Shown piece after piece: positions 33,448 through 43,232 of a stretch of 64,000 bases of DNA. Below the pieces are notes generated by a model that ran no database searches, was not told the origin of the DNA, and saw only the letters and a program-made list of their open reading frames with translations. Origin of the DNA: an uncultured delta proteobacterium (lineage in GTDB: Bacteria > Myxococcota > Myxococcia > Myxococcales > Anaeromyxobacteraceae); NCBI GenBank assembly GCA_963845515.1, contig CAWJSR010000029.1, positions 160,001-224,000 on the forward strand. The letters run 5' to 3'. Numbering within the stretch: position 1 is the first letter of the stretch; the number at the start of each line of letters is the position of its first letter. Both the position numbers and the translations under genes were made by a program.

Positions 33448-34281
33448 TCAGTTCATCAGCGGGTTGCGGCTGCGGACGGTCTCCAGGACCTCGCGGACCT
33501 GCGGCGCGTCCGGAGAGTCGGCGGCGACGTCGAGGTAGGCCGTCAGGTCCTTCGCAGCCGCCGCCGCTGCGCCCAGCCGCGCGGCGATGAGGCCGCGGTC
33601 GCGCAGCTCCTCCCGCTGCCCCGGCTCGAGCATGAGCAGCCGGTCGACCACCCACCAGAGCCGGACGTCGTCGGAGCGCTCGAGGTAGATCCGCTTCAGG
33701 TTGTGGAGGAGGCGGGCGAGGATCTGCCTCGGTCCAACCCCTGCGAGGTGGCGCGGCTCCACCGGCCGCCCGTGAGAGGCAGCCTTGAAGCGCGCGACGC
33801 ACTCGTCCAGGGAGAGGACCTCTCCACCGTTGTACGCGTCGATGAAGACCTCCGGCCCGCCCGGCGGCGCGTACTTCAGGAGGAAGTGGCCAGGGAACGC
33901 GACCCCTTGCAGCGGCAGCCCTGCCCGGCGCGCCACCTCCATGTAGAGGAGCGAGAGCGTGATCGGGATCCCGAGCCGGCGGTCGAGGACCTCGTTCAGG
34001 AAGGAGTTGCGCGGGTCGTAGTAGTCCTCGTCGTTCCCGCGGAACCGCTCCTCTTCGTAGAGGACGGTCCGGACGGCCATCAGGACGGCGGCGGCGCGCG
34101 ACGGCGCGGGGGCGTGCATCCGGACGCGCGTGGCGAGGTCGTCGAGCCGGGCGATGTACTTGACCGGGTCGAGCGACTGGTACTCCTCCGCGGCGACGGC
34201 GAGCGCCGCGTCGGCGAGCGGCACGTCTTCCGTCGAGAGGAGCGCCTGGAATCGGGCGCGGGCGTCGCTGTCTGGCTTCAC
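33448..34281 (-). CDS. SirB1/transglutaminase-like protein with C-terminal TPR
   Basis: YYDPRNSFLNEVLDRRLGIPITLS, VAFPGHFL, EELRDRGL. Confidence 0.88.
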   Translation of the reverse strand: MKPDSDARARFQALLSTEDVPLADAALAVAAEEYQSLDPVKYIARLDDLATRVRMHAPAPSRAAAVLMAVRTVLYEEERFRGNDEDYYDPRNSFLNEVLDRRLGIPITLSLLYMEVARRAGLPLQGVAFPGHFLLKYAPPGGPEVFIDAYNGGEVLSLDECVARFKAASHGRPVEPRHLAGVGPRQILARLLHNLKRIYLERSDDVRLWWVVDRLLMLEPGQREELRDRGLIAARLGAAAAAAKDLTAYLDVAADSPDAPQVREVLETVRSRNPLMN

Positions 34282-34394
34282 GGGTCCGGGGGTCTAGAGC
34301 CCGTGCGAGCCACCCCCTGAATCGGGTGCGGCGTGGCGTCGGGACTCAGGGAGTATACCGGGCCATCAACCTGCTTGGCGGACAGGCTTACCCC

Positions 34395-34423
34395 TTGACG
34401 CCCGCCGAGCCCTCCCTTAGATT
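34395..34423 (+). promoter_or_regulatory. sigma70-type promoter of tRNA-Asn
   Basis: TTGACG-17 nt-TAGATT followed by a GC-rich discriminator, 14 nt before the tRNA. Confidence 0.75.
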
Positions 34424-34437
34424 CCGCGGCCTGTCAT

Positions 34438-34513
34438 TCCCCAGTAGCTCAGTTGGCAGAGCAGGTGACTGTTAATCACCGGGTCGTATGTTCGAGTCAT
34501 ACCTGGGGAGCCA
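34438..34513 (+). tRNA. tRNA-Asn (GTT)
   Basis: 76-nt cloverleaf, acceptor TCCCCAG/CTGGGGA, anticodon arm GGTGA-CTGTTAA-TCACC, TTCGA, encoded CCA. Confidence 0.96.
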
Positions 34514-34517
34514 CACC

Positions 34518-34558
34518 GACGGGCGGTTCTGCGAAAGCGGAGCCGCCCGTCACTTTTT
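34518..34558 (+). terminator. Rho-independent terminator
   Basis: GACGGGCGGTTCTGC-GAAA-GCGGAGCCGCCCGTC hairpin followed by a T run. Confidence 0.85.
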
Positions 34559-34623
34559 GGGGATCCGGTGGCGCGGCGCGGCCATGGTGGGCGGCTGAGA
34601 AGAACCAGCCGACGCCCGGGTAG

Positions 34624-34803
34624 CTACTGGCGCTCGCGGTCGTGCCCGCGCCCCTTTTCATGGCAGCGACCGTCGCTCCACTCGTGGCCGGGCGGGCACC
34701 GCCTCTCCCCGGCGCGCTTCTGCGTTTCCACGTGGCCCGGGACGCGGACGAGGCAGCCCGTGACAGCGAGGGTCAGAGCGACGGCAGCGAGCAGGGTTCT
34801 CAT
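34624..34803 (-). CDS. Small Cys/His lipoprotein (59 aa)
   Basis: Manual translation MRTLLAAVALTLAVTGCLVRVPGHVETQKRAGERRCPPGHEWSDGRCHEKGRGHDRERQ; lipobox VTGC; GGAGG RBS. Confidence 0.7.
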   Translation of the reverse strand: MRTLLAAVALTLAVTGCLVRVPGHVETQKRAGERRCPPGHEWSDGRCHEKGRGHDRERQ

Positions 34804-34921
34804 GTGCGTGGCCTCCAGGGACGGCGCGATTCATGACGGTCGCACGCGGTGTGCCGGCGCACAAGCGCGGCAGCCCGGCGCGCTTTCATCCTGACCGCGT
34901 CCGAGCAGGGGCGAGGGAGAT

Positions 34922-35458
34922 TCACTTCTTCTTCGAGGGCAGCCGGATCCGCTCGCCAGCCACGATGAAGACCCCCTTCCCCTCATGGTGGATCGTCCGC
35001 GGAGGCGCCTTCGACGGGGCGATCCAGGCCTTCACGACCTCGAGGACGAAGAAGTTGTAGTCGTCGACCCAGCGCGTGTCGGCGACCTTGCACTCGAGGT
35101 TGGCGTAGCACTCGTCGACGAGCGGGGCCGCGACCTTCGACGCCGCCACGGGTGTCAGGCCGAACTTCTCGAACTTGTCCACGCGCTTCCCGGTGCTGTT
35201 GCCGCACGCGACCACCTGCCTGGCCAGCTCGACCGTCGGGACGTTGAGCACGCACTCCCGGGTCGACGTCAGGGCGCCGAAGGTGTGATTGCGCCCGCTG
35301 AGCACGCAGCCGACGAGCGGCGGCTCGAACTCCATCATCGTGTGCCAGGACATCGGCATGACGTTCGGCCGGCCTCGATCGGAGGTGCTGACCAGCACGA
35401 CAGGCCCGGGCTCGAGGAGGCGGTAGACCTGAGACAACGGCAGCGACCTCTTCTTCAT
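34922..35458 (-). CDS. Flavin reductase-like (FMN-binding split barrel) protein
   Basis: RLLEPGPVVLV, NVMPMSWH, DKFEKFGLTP, ECYANLEC. Confidence 0.88.
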   Translation of the reverse strand: MKKRSLPLSQVYRLLEPGPVVLVSTSDRGRPNVMPMSWHTMMEFEPPLVGCVLSGRNHTFGALTSTRECVLNVPTVELARQVVACGNSTGKRVDKFEKFGLTPVAASKVAAPLVDECYANLECKVADTRWVDDYNFFVLEVVKAWIAPSKAPPRTIHHEGKGVFIVAGERIRLPSKKK

Positions 35459-35641
35459 GGGGCACCTCGAACGCAGCGAGGGAGATCATGACGCACTCGA
35501 TGTGGATTCGGCAAACCTCGCCCGAGCTGGATGGTGAAGACCTCGTCCGGTTGATCAGTACCCCCGGTTGAGCCAGCCGCCTGGTCGCACATTGGGTGGA
35601 TGCCTCTCGAGACCGGATGCTATCGTCACGGTGGCATCGCC

Positions 35642-36718
35642 GTGCGCGACCTTGACGTCATGGGCTTCGGCCCGTTCTTCGAGCGGCAGCTCCGGCCGGA
35701 CGCCGGCGGTGCGGTCGTCCCGGCGCGCGTCGTGGCCGAGCACCGGAGCGCCTACGACGTCTGGGGCGAGGCCGGCGAGGGCTCGGCGCAGCTCGCGGGG
35801 CGACTGCGCCAGGAGCTCGAGGAGACGGGGTTTCCGGGCGTCGGCGACTGGGTCCTCCTCGACGGCCCGCCTGGCCCGGGGCGCACCGCCGTCGTCGAGC
35901 GCATCCTGGAGCGGCGCACGGTCTTCACTCGCGGCGCCGCCGGCCGGGAGGCCCGCCTCCAGGTGATCGCCGCCAACGTCGACCTGGTCTTCGCCGTGAG
36001 CGGGCTGGACGAGGACTTCAACGTCCACAGGATCGAGCGCTACGTCGCCCGCGTCTGGTCGAGCGGCGCGCAGCCGGCGGTGATCCTCAACAAGGCCGAC
36101 GTCTGCGGCGACGTCGCCGCCAGGGTCGCTGAGGTCGAGGGACGGTGCGCCGGCGTGCCGGTCCTCGTCACGAGCGCGCTGCGCGCGGAGGGCGTCGAGG
36201 GGGTCCGTGCCCTCCTTGGCCCCGGGACGACCGTCGCCCTCGTCGGGTCGTCGGGAGCCGGCAAGTCGACGCTCGTCAACGCGCTGCTCGGCGAGGAGCG
36301 GATGGCCACCGGCGCGCTCCGGACGCGCGACGGTCGCGGCCGCCACGTCACGACCCACCGCCAGCTCGTCCTGATCCCGGGCGGCGGCCTGCTGCTCGAC
36401 ACGCCGGGGATGCGGGAGCTCCAGCTCGCCGACGACGAGGGGCTCGACGCGGTCTTCGAGGACGTCGCCGCGCTGGCCGCGGGCTGCCGCTTCGGCGACT
36501 GCCGCCACGACGGCGAGCCGGGCTGCGCGGTCCGGGAGGCGGTGACGTCCGGCGCGCTCTCCGCGGATCGGCTGGAGCACTACCGGAAGCTGGAGAGCGA
36601 GGCCCGGGCCTTCGAGCAACGCCACGACGCGCGGGTGCGGCGGCAGGAGGGGCGCCTTTGGGGGCAGCTCCACGACGAGGTGGCTCGGCTGCGCCGCTGG
36701 AAGGGCGGCAAGCCCTGA
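35642..36718 (+). CDS. rsgA: Ribosome small subunit-dependent GTPase A (long form)
   Basis: VGDWV, LNKAD, GSSGAGKST, GRHVTT, DTPGMRE, Zn finger CRFGDCRHDGEPGCAV. Confidence 0.93.
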   Translation: MRDLDVMGFGPFFERQLRPDAGGAVVPARVVAEHRSAYDVWGEAGEGSAQLAGRLRQELEETGFPGVGDWVLLDGPPGPGRTAVVERILERRTVFTRGAAGREARLQVIAANVDLVFAVSGLDEDFNVHRIERYVARVWSSGAQPAVILNKADVCGDVAARVAEVEGRCAGVPVLVTSALRAEGVEGVRALLGPGTTVALVGSSGAGKSTLVNALLGEERMATGALRTRDGRGRHVTTHRQLVLIPGGGLLLDTPGMRELQLADDEGLDAVFEDVAALAAGCRFGDCRHDGEPGCAVREAVTSGALSADRLEHYRKLESEARAFEQRHDARVRRQEGRLWGQLHDEVARLRRWKGGKP

Positions 36719-36757
36719 TAAGGTGTTGCTCTCCGTCCCAGCGCATCGAGGTGTCCG

Positions 36758-39700
36758 ATGAGTGGGCCAGAACCCGCAGCAACGCACTCCCGGGTCTCCC
36801 GGCTAGCGGATGGCTGCGCCCTGCTCGCCGCCGCCATCGGGCTGCTGGTCATCGCGGGCTGGCTGCTCGACATCGACGCGCTCAAGCGCGTGCAGCCGGG
36901 GCTAGTGGCGATGAAGTTCAACACCGCCCTTGGCTTCGTGGCCGCCGGAGCGGGGCTCTGGTGGCGCAAGCGGCCCGCGGCGCGGATCCCGCTCGGGGCG
37001 CTGGTGGCGCTGCTCGGCGCGCTCTCGCTCGGCGAGTACCTCGCCGGGAGGAGCTTCGGAATCGATCAGCTCTTCCTCCGCGAGCTCGCGGGGGTGCCAG
37101 ACGGTCCGGGACGGATGGCGCCCTCCTCGGCGCTCTGCTTCCTGCTGCTCGGCGGCGCATTGATCGGGAGCGGCGGAGTGCGTCGGACCGGACTCGGTTC
37201 CGCCGGCTCCGACCGCGGCTCGCGGTGGCCCACCTACGCAGCCGAGCTGCTCGCGCTCATCGCCACCGTGATCGGTGGCTTCTCGCTCATCGCCTATGCC
37301 ACTGGGGCCGTCTACCTGAGGCAGCTCCCTGGCTCCATCGGCATGGCCCTGCACACGGCTGCCGCGTTCGTGGTGCTCGGGCCGGGCATCCTTCTGGCCG
37401 CGGATGGCATCCTGATGCAGACCCTGCGCCTTCGAGGGACGGGTCGGGTCCTGGCGGTCGGCTTCGGCGTGCTCACCCTCCTGCTGGTCGCGGTCGGCAC
37501 AGTGTTCGCCGTCAACCTCCAGCGACTCGCGGAGGATCTCGACGCCCAGGCGAACGTCGCCCGGCCTCGAAGGGAGGCCACCCTGGAGCTGGAGAACAGG
37601 ATTCTCGGCCATGGCCTCGCCGTTCGCCTGGCGATCACGGGCGACCCCCAGGCCCGGCGCGCGGCGTCGGAAGAGGCCGTCGCCGTCGACCGCCACCTCG
37701 CCGACTACAGGGCGCTCGCGACGTCGGATTGGCAGCGTGAGCTCGCAGCACGCTTCGCCGGTCAGTGGCAGGAGCTTCGTGCCCTGGGCGCGGCGTTGCT
37801 GGACTCCGGTGCTTCGCCGAGCCGGGAGGAGGTGACGCGCCTTGCAGCGCTCAGCGTCCGGCTCGTGGACCTGCTGGAGGACGAGATGCGGCCCGAGGCC
37901 GTCGAGTCCTTCGAGGCCCGCAAGACCACCACGCTCCGGGACCTTCGAAGGACCGGCTACTCACCGCTGCTGCTCCTCGTCGCCAGCGTGATCCTGTCTG
38001 TGCTGACGAGCGGCGCCGTCGCTCGGGCAGTCTCCCAGCACGAGCAGACGGTGCGCGAGCAGCGCGAGTGGTTGCGGGTGACGCTCTCCAGCATCGGGGA
38101 CGGCGTGATCGCCTGCGACACGGAGAGCCGGGTCACCTTCCTGAACCCCGTCGCCGAGTCGCTCACCGGGTGGCGGGCCGCGGAGGCGCAAGGCCGGCAG
38201 CTCGCGACAGTCCTCAGGCTCATCAACGAGCAGACCCGCGAGCCAGCGGCGGACATCGCGGAGCAGGTGCTGCGCGAGGGGCGGGTCGTCGAGCTGGCGA
38301 ACCACACCGCCCTCGTCACCCGCGACGGTCGCGAGGTACCCATCGAGGACAGCGCGGCACCGATCACCGACGACGTCGGCAAGCTGACTGGCGCGGTGAT
38401 CGTCTTTCACGACGTCACGCAGCGGCGACGCGCCATCGACCAGGTGAGGGATAGCGCGGCGCGCCTCGCCCTGTCGCAGGAGATGGCTCACCTGGGCAGC
38501 TGGGAGCTCGACCCGGTGCGCGACCACCTGACGTGGTCGGACGAGGTGTATCGGATCTTCGGGCTGGAGCCGCAGCAGTTCCAGGCGACCTACGAGGCCT
38601 TCCTCGAGGCGGTGCATCCCGATGATCGGACCGCGGTCGACGCCGCGTACGCCGGCTCCGTGCGCGATGGGCGGGAGGCCTACGAGATCGAGCACAGGGT
38701 CGTGCGCAGGTCGGACGGCGACGTCCGGATCGTCCACGAGAAGTGCCTGCACTTCCGCGATGCGGAAGGGCGCGTCCTCCGCTCCGTGGGGATGGTGCAC
38801 GACATCACCGCGCGAAAGCACGCCGAGGAGGCCCTGCGCGAGAGCGAGGAGCGGTACCGCCTCCTCACCGAGAACGCCGTCAGCGCGGTCGCCGAGCACG
38901 AGGTCGTGCTGGACGCCGCAGGCAAGCCGGTGGACTACGTCTTCTTGAGCGCCAACCCGTCCTTCGAGACCTGCACCGGCTTGCGGGTGGCGGACGTCCT
39001 CGGCCGCCGCGTCACCGAGGTCCTGCCGGGCGTCGCGAAGACCGACCTGATCGAGCTCTATGGCAGGGTGGCGCTCACCGGCGAACCGGTCACCTTCGAG
39101 CGCTACTTCCAGCCGCTGGAGCGCAACTTCCTCATCAGCGCCTATCGGGTGGGCGCGGGGCACTTCGCCACGGCGTTCACCGACATCACCGAGCGGAAGC
39201 GGGCAGAGGAGGCGCTGGCGGCGGCCCATCTCCTGCTTGCAGACACCGACCGGCGCAGGACCGAGTTCCTGGCCGTCCTTTCGCATGAGCTGCGCAATCC
39301 CCTGACCTCCGTCTGCAACAGCCTCCGCGTGCTCGAGCGAGCGGTCCCGGGCAGCGAGCAGGCACAGCGCGCCCAGGAGGTCATGGACCGTCAGACCAGG
39401 CAGCTCGTGCGCCTGGTCGACGACCTGCTGGATGTCACGCGCGTCACGCGCAACAAGATCCAGCTCAAGCGCGCGCCCCTGGACCTGAACGAGCTCGTCC
39501 GTCGGTCGGTCGAGGACTACCGCTCGTCGTTCGAGGACAAGGGAGTAGCCCTCGAGGTGGAGCTTGCACCGGAGCCGTTGACGGTCGACGGCGACGCGGC
39601 GCGCCTCGCGCAGGTGGTCGGCAATCTCCTCCAGAACGCGGCCAAGTTCACGCCGGCCGGCGGTCGCGTCGCGGTCAGCACCTCCGCCGCGACGCCGAGG

Positions 39701-40390
39701 GGTCCTGCCACGCTCAGGATCGCCGACAGCGGCGCTGGAATCGACGCTGCGATGCTCGGCCATCTGTTCCAGCCATTCATGCAGGCCGACGCGACCCTGG
39801 ACCGCAGCAATGGTGGCCTCGGCCTCGGGCTGGCGCTCGTGAAGGGGCTGGTGGAGATGCACGGCGGCAAGGTCCATGCGCACAGCGATGGGAGCGGCAA
39901 GGGAGCAGCGTTCGTGGTCGAGCTGCCGCTCGACGCGACCGCTGCCGCCGAGGTGACGCCTGCGGCGCCCGGAGCGGCGGTGCGGCACCGACGTGTACTG
40001 ATCATCGAGGACAACGTCGACGCGGCGGACAGCCTCGGCGAGGTGCTGCGCCTGGGAGAGCACGAGGTCGAGGTGGCGTACGGCGGCCCCGCAGGGCTCG
40101 CGCTGGCACGGGTGTTCCGGCCCGAGGTCGTGCTCTGCGACATCGGCCTCCCCGGGATGGACGGCTACGCGGTCGCACGGGCGTTCCGGGCAGACGACGC
40201 GCTGAGAGGCGTCTTCCTGGTGGCGCTGAGCGGCTACGCGTTGCCTGAGGACCTGCAACGGGCAGCGGAGGCCGGGTTCGACAGGCACCTCTCGAAGCCG
40301 CCGGCCCTGGAGAAGGTCGAGCGACTCCTCGCGGGGTCGCTAGAGCGTCCAGCCGCCGCGCGGGTGGATGCCTCGCCCTCGAGCGCGTGA
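36758..40390 (+). CDS. Hybrid sensor histidine kinase (TM sensor, three PAS, HisKA, HATPase, REC)
   Basis: LSHELRNPL H-box, NLLQNAAKFT, DSGAGI, GLGLGL, REC with CDIGLPGMDG. Confidence 0.93.
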   Translation: MSGPEPAATHSRVSRLADGCALLAAAIGLLVIAGWLLDIDALKRVQPGLVAMKFNTALGFVAAGAGLWWRKRPAARIPLGALVALLGALSLGEYLAGRSFGIDQLFLRELAGVPDGPGRMAPSSALCFLLLGGALIGSGGVRRTGLGSAGSDRGSRWPTYAAELLALIATVIGGFSLIAYATGAVYLRQLPGSIGMALHTAAAFVVLGPGILLAADGILMQTLRLRGTGRVLAVGFGVLTLLLVAVGTVFAVNLQRLAEDLDAQANVARPRREATLELENRILGHGLAVRLAITGDPQARRAASEEAVAVDRHLADYRALATSDWQRELAARFAGQWQELRALGAALLDSGASPSREEVTRLAALSVRLVDLLEDEMRPEAVESFEARKTTTLRDLRRTGYSPLLLLVASVILSVLTSGAVARAVSQHEQTVREQREWLRVTLSSIGDGVIACDTESRVTFLNPVAESLTGWRAAEAQGRQLATVLRLINEQTREPAADIAEQVLREGRVVELANHTALVTRDGREVPIEDSAAPITDDVGKLTGAVIVFHDVTQRRRAIDQVRDSAARLALSQEMAHLGSWELDPVRDHLTWSDEVYRIFGLEPQQFQATYEAFLEAVHPDDRTAVDAAYAGSVRDGREAYEIEHRVVRRSDGDVRIVHEKCLHFRDAEGRVLRSVGMVHDITARKHAEEALRESEERYRLLTENAVSAVAEHEVVLDAAGKPVDYVFLSANPSFETCTGLRVADVLGRRVTEVLPGVAKTDLIELYGRVALTGEPVTFERYFQPLERNFLISAYRVGAGHFATAFTDITERKRAEEALAAAHLLLADTDRRRTEFLAVLSHELRNPLTSVCNSLRVLERAVPGSEQAQRAQEVMDRQTRQLVRLVDDLLDVTRVTRNKIQLKRAPLDLNELVRRSVEDYRSSFEDKGVALEVELAPEPLTVDGDAARLAQVVGNLLQNAAKFTPAGGRVAVSTSAATPRGPATLRIADSGAGIDAAMLGHLFQPFMQADATLDRSNGGLGLGLALVKGLVEMHGGKVHAHSDGSGKGAAFVVELPLDATAAAEVTPAAPGAAVRHRRVLIIEDNVDAADSLGEVLRLGEHEVEVAYGGPAGLALARVFRPEVVLCDIGLPGMDGYAVARAFRADDALRGVFLVALSGYALPEDLQRAAEAGFDRHLSKPPALEKVERLLAGSLERPAAARVDASPSSA

Positions 40391-40415
40391 GAAGGAGTCT
40401 AGGGGGCTCTCCCCC

Positions 40416-41370
40416 TCACCGCTCCTCCGCCGGCACCACCGCCCGCGCCACCGGCGGCCAGAGGAGCGAGGCGAGGATCGAGAGCCCCAGGATGGCCGCG
40501 ATGATCGAGCAGGGATGGGGCGATCGGGACCTTGTAGACGTCAGCGAGGAGCATCTTCGCCCCCACGAAGATCAGGACGAAGGAGAGTCCGACCTTCAGG
40601 TAGGCGAACTTCGTGATGACCCCGGCGAGCAGGAAGTAGAGCGACCTGAGCCCGAGGATCGCGAAGATGTTCGACGTGAAGACGATGAAGGGGTCGGAGG
40701 TCACCGCGAAGATCGCCGGGATCGAGTCGACCGCGAAGACGACGTCGGTCACCTCCACCGCGACCAGGGCAACGAGCAGGGTGGTCGCGTGGAGCCGGCC
40801 ATCGCGCAGGACGATGAACTTCCCGCCAGACGGGCCGTGGGTCACCGGGAAGACCCTCTGGAATGCCTTCACCAGCGGGTTGCGCTCGGGGTGGATCTCC
40901 TGGTTGCGCTGCAGGAGGAGCTTCAGCCCCGTGAACGCCAGGACCGCGCCGAAGACGTAGATGGCCCAGTGGAACTGCTGCAGGAAGGCGCCGCCGGCCA
41001 GGATGAAGGCGGCCCGCATCGCCAGCGCTCCCAGCACGCCCCAGAACAGGATCCGGTGCTGGTAGATGGCCGGGACCGCGAAGGCCCCGAAGATCACGAC
41101 GAAGACGAAGATGTTGTCGACCGCGAGGGCCTTCTCGATGAGGTAGCCGGCGGTGAACTCGAGCGCCCGCTCGGCCCCGAACCAGGAGTACACGGCGACG
41201 TTGAAGGCGGCCGCGAGGCCCACCCAGACCGCGCTCCAGCCAGCCGCCTCCTTCATGCTCACCTCGTGCGCCTTCCTGTGGAAGACGCCGAGATCGACGG
41301 CCAGCATGACCAGCACGAAGACGATGAAGCCCGCCCACAGCATCGGTGTCCCAACGGTCTCGAACGGCAT
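40416..41370 (-). CDS. TerC/Alx family membrane protein (indel near C-term, about 40505)
   Basis: GYLIEKALAVDNIFVF, EVTDVVFAVDSIPAIFAVT, SNIFAILGLRSLYF; last TM in the shifted frame ends at TGA 40416. Confidence 0.9.
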
Positions 41371-41457
41371 TCCCGGATCCTCTCCTCGTCCTAGCTTCGA
41401 CCCCTCTCGTCTAACCGCGGGCCCTGCTGTCGACAATCACGATATCTGGACGTGACG

Positions 41458-41474
41458 TGTCGTTTTTCTCGACA
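41458..41474. promoter_or_regulatory. LysR-type operator (T-N11-A dyad)
   Basis: TGTCG-TTTTTCT-CGACA between divergent terC-like and LysR genes. Confidence 0.6.
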
Positions 41475-41486
41475 TATCTTCCGGCC

Positions 41487-42393
41487 ATGGAGTGGCTCAA
41501 CTATCACCACCTGCTCTACTTCTGGACCGTCGCGAAGGAGGGCGGGCTCGTCCCCGCCGGGAAGGTCCTGCGGCTCTCCCACCCGACGCTCAGCGCCCAG
41601 ATCCACGCGCTCGAGGACCGCCTTGGGGAGAAGCTCTTCACCAGGTCCGGCCGCAAGCTGGCGCTCACCGAGATGGGGCGGGTGGTGTTCCGCTACGCCG
41701 ACGAGATCTTCACCCTCGGGCGCGAGATGGTGGACGCGGTCAAGGACCGCGCGACCGGACAGCCGCTCCGCCTGGACGTGGGCGTCCTGGACGTCGTTCC
41801 AAAGCTCGTGGTCCGCCGCATCCTCGCAGCCAGCGCTGGCCCTGCCCGAGCAGGTTCGGCTCGTCTGCCGCGAGGGCTCCTACGAGCGGCTGCTCGCCGA
41901 GCTCTCGGACCACTCCCTCGACATCGTCATCTCGGACGCGCCGGTCCCCACCGGGAGCAGCGTCCGGGCCTTCAGCCACCTGCTGGGCGAGACGGGGATC
42001 AGCTTCTTCGGCACGAAGCGGTTGGCCGAGGCGCACGGCGAGGACTTCCCGCGCTCACTTCACGGCGCCGCCATGCTCCTGCCGCTCGAGCACCTGACCT
42101 TGCGGCGCTCCCTGAATCAGTGGTTCGCGCGGAACGGCATCCGGCCGCGCGTGGTCGCGGAGTTCGAGGACAGCGCGCTCCTCAAGGAGTTCGGCGCGGA
42201 TGGGGCCGGCATCTTCGCGGCCCCCACGGTCGTCGAGCGGGAGGTGGCCGCGCAGTACGGCGTCCGGTTGCTGGGGCGGGTCGACGAGGTCCGGGAGCGC
42301 TTCTACGCCATCTCCGTCGAGCGGCGGCTGAAGCACCCGGCCGTCGTCGCCATCTCGGACGCCGCGCGCCAGGCGCTCTTCGCGCCTCACTGA
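41487..42393 (+). CDS. nhaR: LysR-family activator, NhaR-like (frameshift near 41825)
   Basis: MEWLNYHHLLYFWTVAKEG HTH; EFEDSALLK, FYAISVERRLKHPAV. Confidence 0.82.
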
Positions 42394-42408
42394 GGGAGGG
42401 TCACGCCT

Positions 42409-43167
42409 CTACTCCACGCCGCAAGCACCGGCGCAACCGCAGTCCTCGCCCCGCCAGGCCCCCCGCCCCTCGCTCACCAGGAACCAGGTCATGCCGAGCG
42501 CGGCCACCGGGTCCGCCCACCACCAGCCGAACAGCGCGTTGAGGCCGATCCCCACGAGCGTGATGAGCGAGAGCCACCAGCAGGCCGTGGTCTGGAAGGA
42601 GTCGGCTTCGAGCGCCCGGCTCCCGAGTGCGGCCGCGGTCCGGCGCTTCGCCCTCGCGAGCCACCACATCGCCACCAGGGAGAGCGAGGTGATGGCGATG
42701 CCGGCTCCGGTCGCCTCCGGACGCTCGCCCGTGACGAGCGCCCTGGCCGCGTCGAACGCGACCCATGCCGCGAGCACGAAGAGCGAGAGCGCCACCAGCT
42801 TGTGGGCTCGCTGGTCGAGCCGCTCGATCTCCTCTGGGTCGCGCGCCAGCCGCTCGGCACGCAGCCGCCAGATCAGGATGAGCCCGGAGGTCGTCTCCAC
42901 GAAGCTGTCGATGCCGAAGCCGAGCAGGGCGACGCTGCCAGCTGCCAGCGCCGCGGCCACCGAGACGACCCCCTCGACGACGTTCCATCCGACGGTGAGG
43001 TACTCGAGCCGAAGGCCTCGCTGGAGGTGGTCGGACCTGGCCGGCGGAGGTGTCACCGGCTCCGCCCGCGCGACCTTCGCACCCCCGCAAGGCGCGCCAC
43101 CAGCGCCCCCGCAGGAACACGGCTCCGTGATGGGCTTCACCGCCAGGATCGGACGTGTCGAGGTCAT
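42409..43167 (-). CDS. Cation efflux (CDF-like, TM domain only) transporter with Cys clusters at both termini
   Basis: WNVVEG, GSVALLGFGIDS, WWWADPVAAL; N-term CSC...C; C-term CGCAGAC. Confidence 0.78.
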   Translation of the reverse strand: MTSTRPILAVKPITEPCSCGGAGGAPCGGAKVARAEPVTPPPARSDHLQRGLRLEYLTVGWNVVEGVVSVAAALAAGSVALLGFGIDSFVETTSGLILIWRLRAERLARDPEEIERLDQRAHKLVALSLFVLAAWVAFDAARALVTGERPEATGAGIAITSLSLVAMWWLARAKRRTAAALGSRALEADSFQTTACWWLSLITLVGIGLNALFGWWWADPVAALGMTWFLVSEGRGAWRGEDCGCAGACGVE

Positions 43168-43232
43168 TGGTCACACGCACATACCCCGCAACGCCGCCCC
43201 CCTCCAGCCCTCGTTTGCGGTAATTCATCTGC

